Assembly (NCBI GenBank): GCA_046351475.1
Contig: JAXLYL010000026.1
Location: 1-64,000, forward strand
Source: Polyangiaceae bacterium
GTDB lineage: Bacteria; Myxococcota_A; Polyangia; Polyangiales; Polyangiaceae
Reading direction: 5' to 3'
Length of the DNA: 64,000 bases
Of this stretch, positions 58,326 through 64,000 are shown one piece after another; the stretch's first letter is position 1; each line of letters opens with the position of its first letter. The position numbers were made by a program, and so were the translations under genes. A model generated the notes under the pieces. It did no database searches and was not told where the DNA came from. It saw nothing but the letters and a program-made list of their open reading frames with translations.

Positions 58326-59336
58326 ATGGCACGACTCGTCCGTCTGGAGAAAGCACCGTTTTCGGCTCCTTCCGTGGCCCACGGCGACACGGTGGGGTTC
58401 GCGACCCGGATCTTCGGGTTGGCGATCCTCGCGTTCGCCGCGGCTTCGTGCGCAGGCAAGCCCTCGGCGACCGTGAACGCGGGCGTCGGTTCCGCCGTTC
58501 CTTCGGATGCCGGCACGGGTCCGTCGACCGCGAACCCGTTCGAAGGCCTCGACGTCGCAGTGGCGACCGTCGCGAAGGTCGTCGCGCCCGACATGACGGC
58601 CGAAGGCTTTCCCTTCAAGGAGATGCTCGCGCCGGGTGGCCGCGCCCAAATCGGACTCACGTTGGCGGCGGGTCGCTGTTACGCGATCGTCGGCGTGTCG
58701 AAGGATGGCGCGATCGACGAGTTGGGACTCGAGCTCCTCTCGGCCCCGCTCTTCACGACGCCCATCGCCCAGGGTGTGCGCCAGCCGAAGGTGTCCGTCC
58801 TCGGTCCCACGCCGGCGCACCTGTGCATCGACGCGAACGCGCAGGGGGCGTTCAAGCTCGACGTCATCGCCGCCCGAGGGAGCGGCCCCGTCGCGGTGCA
58901 GCTCTTCGCGAAGGCGAACGGGACGGCGACGGCCACCACGCCCGCCGGGACCGACAACGGCGAAGCGGCGCTCAAGTCCGCCCAGGCCAAACTCGCGCCG
59001 GGCATGGAGGCCGAAGGACCTCCCACGACGCAACGCCTCGAGACGGGCGGGCACTTCGGCATGAGCGTCAACCTGGTCGGCGGCAAGTGTTACACGCTGC
59101 TCGCGGCCTCCCCGCAGGGCGCGATCACGGACGTCGAGATGACGCTCCTCATGCCTCCCTTCTTCACCGTGCCCGTCGAGTCCGACAAGCGGACGGACAA
59201 CGTGGCGGCGATCGGCGGCGGAGCGACACCCCAATGCCCGATCACGCCGGTCCCGATCCCGTACAAGGTCGACGTCGCGGCGAAGAAGGGGTCCGGCCCG
59301 TTCACCTTCCAGCTCTTCTCCAAGACGAAGAAATGA
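58326..59336 (+). CDS. Lipoprotein with two internally repeated domains (hypothetical)
   Basis: The lipobox is in ...[13 protein letters not shown]. Two similar halves are present (...[22 protein letters not shown]...LELLSAPLF... and ...[22 protein letters not shown]...[11 protein letters not shown]...). Its TGA overlaps the pgi ATG. Confidence 0.55.
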   Translation: MARLVRLEKAPFSAPSVAHGDTVGFATRIFGLAILAFAAASCAGKPSATVNAGVGSAVPSDAGTGPSTANPFEGLDVAVATVAKVVAPDMTAEGFPFKEMLAPGGRAQIGLTLAAGRCYAIVGVSKDGAIDELGLELLSAPLFTTPIAQGVRQPKVSVLGPTPAHLCIDANAQGAFKLDVIAARGSGPVAVQLFAKANGTATATTPAGTDNGEAALKSAQAKLAPGMEAEGPPTTQRLETGGHFGMSVNLVGGKCYTLLAASPQGAITDVEMTLLMPPFFTVPVESDKRTDNVAAIGGGATPQCPITPVPIPYKVDVAAKKGSGPFTFQLFSKTKK

Positions 59337-61006
59337 AATCCCTCCCGGAGTCGGCCGCGTACGCGGCCCTGGCCCGCCACAAGGACACGCTCGCGTCCAC
59401 GACGATGCGGGAGCTCTTCGCGAAGGATCCGGGGCGCGCCGCGCGGTTCTCGCTCGAACTCGGCGACGTGTTCTTCGACCCGTCGAAGAACCGCGTCACC
59501 GACGAGACCATGGATCTCCTCGTCGCGCTGGCGAACGAGAGGGGCGTACCGGAGATGATCCGGGCGATGTTCGCCGGCGAGAAGATCAACGGCACGGAAC
59601 ACCGGGCGGTCCTCCACACCGCGCTCCGGAACCGCGGCGCCGATCCCGTGTTCGTCGACGGCAAGGACGTGATGCCGGACGTGCGTGCCGTCCTCGCACG
59701 GATGCGCACGTTCACGGACGACGTCCGTTCGGGCCGCCACGTAGGACACACGGGCAAGGCGATCCGCACGATCGTGAACGTCGGCATCGGAGGTTCGGAT
59801 CTCGGTCCGGTCATGGTCACCGAGGCACTCAAGCCCTACGGGCGCGGAGGCCCCACCCCGCGGTTCGTGTCGAACATCGACGGAACGCATCTCGTGGAGA
59901 CGCTGAGGGACCTCGATCCGGAAACGACGCTCTTCGCCATCGCGTCGAAGACCTTCACGACCCAGGAGACGATGACGAACGCGCGGAGCGCGCGGGATTG
60001 GCTCCTCGGTAAACTGGGTTCGAAGGACGCCGTCGCGAAACATTTCGTGGCGCTCTCGACGAACGAGAAGGAAGTGGCAGCGTTCGGGATCGACACGGCG
60101 AACATGTTCCCCTTCTGGGACTGGGTCGGCGGTCGCTATTCGCTGTGGTCGGCCATCGGGCTTTCCATCGCGTGCGCCATCGGGATGGATGCGTTCGAGG
60201 AGATGCTCGGCGGCGCCCACGAGACCGACGTGCACTTCCGGACGACCACGGACCTCCGGAAGAACGTCCCCGTCGTGATGGCGCTCCTCGGCGTGTGGAA
60301 CGCGAATTTCTGGGGCGCACACACGCACGCGATCCTCCCCTACGACCAGTACATGCACCGGTTCGCCGCGTACTTCCAACAAGGCGACATGGAGAGCAAC
60401 GGCAAGAGCACGACGCGCGAGGGGAAGCGCGTCACGGGCTACGACACCGGCCCCGTGATCTGGGGAGAGCCCGGCACGAACGGGCAGCACGCATTCTACC
60501 AACTGATCCACCAGGGCTCGCGGCTCGTACCGGCGGACTTCATCGCGCCGATCGAGACGCACAATCCGCTGGGCGACCATCACGCGATCCTCCTCGCGAA
60601 CTTCTTCGCGCAGACGGAAGCGCTCATGCGCGGCAAGACGGCGGACGAAGCCCGGAAGGAACTCCAGGCGAAGGGGCGAGGCGGTGCGGAACTCGAAGCG
60701 CTCGTTCCGCACAAGGTGTTCACGGGCGATCGTCCGACGAACTCGTTCCTCGTCCAGAAAATCACCCCGAAGACGCTCGGCACGTTGATCGCATTGTACG
60801 AACACAAGATCTTCGTCCAGGGCGTGATCTGGGACATCTACAGCTTCGACCAGTGGGGCGTGGAGCTCGGCAAGGAGCTCGCTTCGAAGATCCTCCCCGA
60901 GCTCGCGGCACCGGGGGACGTCACGTCCCACGACGCCTCCACGAACGGCCTCATCAACCGGTTCAAGGCGCGCCGCGCCGGCAGCATCCGTCACGGAACC
61001 GGCTGA
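59333..61006 (+). CDS. pgi: Glucose-6-phosphate isomerase
   Basis: The 558-aa product carries ...[19 protein letters not shown]..., ...[17 protein letters not shown]..., ...[11 protein letters not shown]... and ...[17 protein letters not shown]..., all PGI signatures. Confidence 0.92.
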   Translation: MKSLPESAAYAALARHKDTLASTTMRELFAKDPGRAARFSLELGDVFFDPSKNRVTDETMDLLVALANERGVPEMIRAMFAGEKINGTEHRAVLHTALRNRGADPVFVDGKDVMPDVRAVLARMRTFTDDVRSGRHVGHTGKAIRTIVNVGIGGSDLGPVMVTEALKPYGRGGPTPRFVSNIDGTHLVETLRDLDPETTLFAIASKTFTTQETMTNARSARDWLLGKLGSKDAVAKHFVALSTNEKEVAAFGIDTANMFPFWDWVGGRYSLWSAIGLSIACAIGMDAFEEMLGGAHETDVHFRTTTDLRKNVPVVMALLGVWNANFWGAHTHAILPYDQYMHRFAAYFQQGDMESNGKSTTREGKRVTGYDTGPVIWGEPGTNGQHAFYQLIHQGSRLVPADFIAPIETHNPLGDHHAILLANFFAQTEALMRGKTADEARKELQAKGRGGAELEALVPHKVFTGDRPTNSFLVQKITPKTLGTLIALYEHKIFVQGVIWDIYSFDQWGVELGKELASKILPELAAPGDVTSHDASTNGLINRFKARRAGSIRHGTG

Positions 61007-61054
61007 ATTCGCCCGTTTCGCGCCGTCGAAGCGTGCACTTGCCGACGTCGAAGC

Positions 61055-61801
61055 GTGGTAGAACGGCCGGCCATGAACGACTCCGGCCGTCACCGCGCAC
61101 TCGGTCTCCTTTCACTCGCCGCGACCGCGTTCGCGTCGTCCGCACTCGCCCTCGCGGCGTGCGGCGGCGGAACGGAACCCGTCGACGCCACCGACTCGGG
61201 GACGGACGCGACGACGAGCTCCGACGGCGCGACCACGGCCCGCGACGGTGCGACGTCGCAGGGCGATTCCGCCGCCACGACGGACGGCGGCACGACGTCC
61301 ACCGACTCCGGCACCAAGGACTCCGCGCCCGCGAACGACGGTTCGTTCGATCCCGGCGAGCGCGCCGCCGACGCGGCCGTGTTCTGCGGATCGAGCACGT
61401 GCACGGCGGGTCAAGTCTGCTGCGGTTCGTACGACCCCGACGCGGGCCTGCAGGGCGTGTGCGCCACGTCCTGCACCGACGGAGCCGCTCCCGTCGCGTG
61501 CGACGGTCCGGAGGATTGCACCGGTTCCACGAAGACGTGCTGCGGCACGGTCAAGCTCGGCGCGGGCAGCATCCCGGATTGCCCGATCGCGCAGGCGTCG
61601 TCGGCGTGCCGCGCGACGTGCCAGTCCCAGGTTCCCTTCTCGTGCCCCGGCACCGCGACCATCAAGGCATGCCAGGCCCCCGCGGACTGCGCCGGCGACA
61701 CGCAGGGATACACCACCTGTTGCGAGTTCACGTTCCGCAGCATCACGCAGAAGTTCTGCGCGAACGCCCTCATCAAGAACTTCGCCTCCCGGTGCCTGTG
61801 A
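61055..61801 (+). CDS. Cys-rich lipoprotein (hypothetical)
   Basis: The lipobox is in ...LGLLSLAATAFASSALALAAC. A D/G/T/S-rich linker follows. The C-terminus has 20 Cys in CxxC/CC patterns (CGSSTCTAGQVCCGSY..., TKTCCGTVKLG..., YTTCCEF...). The alternative start is the Met at 61073. Confidence 0.5.
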   Translation: MVERPAMNDSGRHRALGLLSLAATAFASSALALAACGGGTEPVDATDSGTDATTSSDGATTARDGATSQGDSAATTDGGTTSTDSGTKDSAPANDGSFDPGERAADAAVFCGSSTCTAGQVCCGSYDPDAGLQGVCATSCTDGAAPVACDGPEDCTGSTKTCCGTVKLGAGSIPDCPIAQASSACRATCQSQVPFSCPGTATIKACQAPADCAGDTQGYTTCCEFTFRSITQKFCANALIKNFASRCL

Positions 61802-61809
61802 GGCCCTCG

Positions 61810-63312
61810 ATGCCGATGCGTACGCGTCTCCTCACCGTCCTGGCTCTCGGGTCCGTCGTCGTGTCCGCCACGCTCGTCGCGGCCTGCACCACGCTCCCGC
61901 GACGCGAAGTGTTCCGCAATTCGTTGGGCGCCGTCTCGACCATCGAGCAGGGGACGCCGCTCACGCTGAAGCGGTGGGAGCTCGTGGGGCCGCGTCCGAA
62001 GGACGGCTTCCACGTCGTCAAGAATCCCGACGACTGGCGCCTCCTCTTCCCGAATCCGGCGCAGGGTTCCTACCCTGCTCTCCCGCGGAGCTTCAACTTC
62101 TCGAAGGAGATGGTGGTCATGGCCGCGGGCGGCGAAGACGCCGAGGATCTCGAGGTCCGCGCGGTCGTCTACACGGACACGACGCTCCACGTGTACCTGA
62201 CCGAGACCGTCCCCGGCAAAGGTTGCCCGAAGCCGAACCGCGCGCAGCCCATCGTGGACGTGCGCTTCACCGAACGCGTGGATCGGGACACCATGTTCCA
62301 CCTCGACTCGATCCGCGGCAAGCCGTGCGCGGCGCCCCTCGGCGCGGAGATCGCTTGCAAGATCCAGTCGAAGGGCACGGCGACGTCGCCGCTCGTCGCG
62401 GAGCTCGGGGACGTCGTGGCGTGCTCGGCGGTGAAGAACAAGGAACCGGGAGCCATCCCGATCATCGAGCGCACGTGGAACTTGGCGGAGTCGCCGGAAG
62501 GTTCGACGTCGAAGCTCACCATCGCCGAAGGCAGCCGTGACGTCACGTTCCCCATCGACACGTTCGGCCAATACTCCGTCCGCTACCAGCAGGAGGACGA
62601 GGCGAGCCGCACGACCATGGGAGGTGCCATCGTCCAGGCCGTCCCGCCGACGGGAGCGTTCGTCGCCGAGCTCGCGTGGACGAAGTTCGATCCTCAGGAC
62701 GATCCGTCCACGTTCCCGCGTGTGGAGCTCCACGCCGTCGACGTGCGCACGCAGAGGGAGCCGTTCGAGGGTCGGGGCTTCCTCGGCGACGGACGCCTCG
62801 ACTGCGCGACGGAAGGCGCTCCGCGTCCCTCGTGGTGCTCGGCGCAGAAGAGCACGGCGTCGGCCTTCGTGAAGGTCCCGCACAAGGACGGCAAGTTCCA
62901 CGCGTACGTGAAGTACGTCGACGATCGCTTCTACGGTGCGCCCGTCGCGTGCGTGAAGCTGTTCCACGACGGCAAGGGCACGGACAAGGTCTGCGATCCC
63001 ACGGTGCGGAAGGCCGGCAGCGTGTGGGACGCGGGAGCGTTCGATCTCGCGACCGGCGAGTTCGAGGCGACGAAGGCGAAGCGCGTCGCCGCCGAGAAGG
63101 CTGCCGCGGAGAAGGCAGCCGCCGAGAAGGCCGCGGCGGACAAGGCGCTCGCGGACAAGGTGGCCGCCGAGAAGGCCGAAGCCGAGCGGCGGGAGGCGGA
63201 GAAGGCGGAGACGAGCGACAAGCGCGACGCCGGCCCCGCACCGCGGAAGAGCGACGTCGTCGAGCTCGACACGCCGCCCACGTCGACGGCTCGGCCGCCG
63301 AGCAAGAAGTAA
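61810..63312 (+). CDS. Lipoprotein with a C-terminal (AEKAAA)n coiled-coil/repeat tail (hypothetical)
   Basis: The N-terminus MPMRTRLLTVLALGSVVVSATLVAAC carries a lipobox. The globular region has 8 Cys. The tail is ...AEKAAAEKAAAEKAAADKALADKVAAEKAEAERREAEKAE... Confidence 0.55.
   Translation: MPMRTRLLTVLALGSVVVSATLVAACTTLPRREVFRNSLGAVSTIEQGTPLTLKRWELVGPRPKDGFHVVKNPDDWRLLFPNPAQGSYPALPRSFNFSKEMVVMAAGGEDAEDLEVRAVVYTDTTLHVYLTETVPGKGCPKPNRAQPIVDVRFTERVDRDTMFHLDSIRGKPCAAPLGAEIACKIQSKGTATSPLVAELGDVVACSAVKNKEPGAIPIIERTWNLAESPEGSTSKLTIAEGSRDVTFPIDTFGQYSVRYQQEDEASRTTMGGAIVQAVPPTGAFVAELAWTKFDPQDDPSTFPRVELHAVDVRTQREPFEGRGFLGDGRLDCATEGAPRPSWCSAQKSTASAFVKVPHKDGKFHAYVKYVDDRFYGAPVACVKLFHDGKGTDKVCDPTVRKAGSVWDAGAFDLATGEFEATKAKRVAAEKAAAEKAAAEKAAADKALADKVAAEKAEAERREAEKAETSDKRDAGPAPRKSDVVELDTPPTSTARPPSKK
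63088..63210 (+). repeat. In-frame 15-nt tandem repeat encoding (AEKAA)n
   Basis: The unit gccgccgagaaggctgccgcggagaaggcagccgccgagaaggccgcggcg... lies inside the 61810..63312 CDS. Confidence 0.8.
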
Positions 63313-63486
63313 CGTCGCTGTCGTGAATCCGACACGCGGTTCCGACCGCGTGGGCGGGCGCGCGCGCGGAGCACGCGTTGACATGGGGACGTCCGACCTT
63401 AGGTTCGACGAATCCCGCCGCACCTCCTTCGTCACCGTCCTCCGAGGCGGGGGCGGATCGACGGGCCTCTCTCCACGGAGCCCACG

Positions 63487-64000
63487 ATGACCCAGCTACG
63501 AGGGGGTGCCCGCGCGCCCCGTTCCCCGTTCCCTCTCCTCCCCCTCCGCACGGGAGTCCTCTTCCCGTCGTCCGTGATCACGCTCCCGGTCGGACGGGAA
63601 CGTTCCATCGCGCTCCTCTCGTCCTTGGACGCGGGCGCCATCATCGGTGTGGTCGCCCAGAAGCAATCGAGCACGGTCGAGCCGACGTTCGAGGACATGC
63701 ACGGCACCGGTACCTACGCGCGGGTCGATCGCGTGGTGCGCGTGAGCGAACGGGAGCTCCGGGTCGTGCTCACGGGCCTGGGTCGTTTCCGCCTCGACGG
63801 TCTCGAGGCCTCCGAACCGTACTTCCTCGCGCGCGCGACCCCGCTCGAGGAGGAAGGGGAGGACGATGGCGAGAGCGAACGTCTCGCCCGCGCGCTCGTC
63901 GCCGAGTTCAAGAGTGCCACCAAGGACGGCGGTCGTTCCTTCGGAGACCTCGACGGCGACGACCTGGAGCCCGCCATCGTGGCGGACCGCGTCGCGGCGG
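63487..64000 (+). CDS. lon: ATP-dependent Lon protease, N-terminal (LON substrate-binding) domain; 3' end runs off the window
   Basis: The ATG is at 63487. The product starts MTQLRGG...PLLPLRTGVLFPSSVITLPVGRERSIALL..., the start of a LonA N-domain. The frame is open to the window end. Confidence 0.7.
   Translation, partial: MTQLRGGARAPRSPFPLLPLRTGVLFPSSVITLPVGRERSIALLSSLDAGAIIGVVAQKQSSTVEPTFEDMHGTGTYARVDRVVRVSERELRVVLTGLGRFRLDGLEASEPYFLARATPLEEEGEDDGESERLARALVAEFKSATKDGGRSFGDLDGDDLEPAIVADRVAA

Noticed and set aside
59090-63435. Minus ORFs 59090..61093 and 61411..63435, and the plus ORF 60145..63312 N-terminal part
   Set aside because: They are antisense to, or out of frame with, pgi and the lipoprotein genes. 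Only the final 501 codons of 60145..63312 (from the ATG at 61810) are used.
1-64000. Searched for CRISPR arrays, tRNA/rRNA genes, IS elements and integrases
   Set aside because: There are no spaced direct repeats and no cloverleaf-like conserved tRNA blocks in the intergenic regions. No transposase or recombinase motifs were seen in any frame. The only repeats found are in-frame low-complexity coding repeats.

Overview
The window is a 64 kb, roughly 70% GC chromosomal segment. It looks most like a Myxococcota or other high-GC delta-proteobacterial genome, judging by two Hanks-type Ser/Thr kinases, many lipobox lipoproteins, an ECF sigma/anti-sigma pair, an orphan Flp pilin and an ElbD-like lipid megasynthase. 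About 50 protein-coding genes are supportable. I found no rRNA, tRNA, CRISPR array, transposase or integrase. The six-frame track holds many long, Arg/Gly/Pro-rich antisense or out-of-frame ORFs, which I reject as artefacts of high GC. ORF 'starts' in the track include GTG and TTG. Several adjacent genes are coupled through ATGA or GTGA start/stop overlaps.

Recognisable housekeeping genes are xth, cysK-cysE, a C-terminal processing protease (CtpA), pgi, a partial lon, panE-like, a Pgi-linked lipoprotein, a flotillin, an EamA transporter, a BamA/TamA-like Omp85 and PrsW.

The more unusual content, in window order:
- (i) A single reading frame encoding CBM48 + GH13 alpha-amylase + radical-SAM/SPASM domains, interrupted by a 1-bp frameshift.
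- (ii) A minus-strand five-gene lipid operon: HAD phosphatase, LarA-like DUF2088 protein, a 1538-aa FAR / acyl-AMP ligase / ACP / AGPAT / SCP2 enzyme (ElbD-like, ether-lipid type), SDR epimerase and DAGK-like lipid kinase.
- (iii) A GTGA-coupled lipoprotein / beta-propeller / di-haem cytochrome c operon.
- (iv) DUF962 protein, two ArsA/Get3-like ATPases, and a convergent STPK with a PHP phosphoesterase.
- (v) A zinc metalloprotease, ECF sigma, ZAS anti-sigma and CtpA protease cluster.
- (vi) An orphan Flp pilin translationally coupled to a 640-aa Cys-rich lipoprotein.
- (vii) A beta-lactamase-fold/DUF1343 (NamZ-like) fusion lipoprotein.
- (viii) A striking AT-rich 20-bp perfect palindrome beside a GC hairpin in a convergent intergenic gap.
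- (ix) At least two, possibly three, frameshifted genes, suggesting indel errors or pseudogenisation.

All calls are from reading the sequence and translations by eye. No database search was run.
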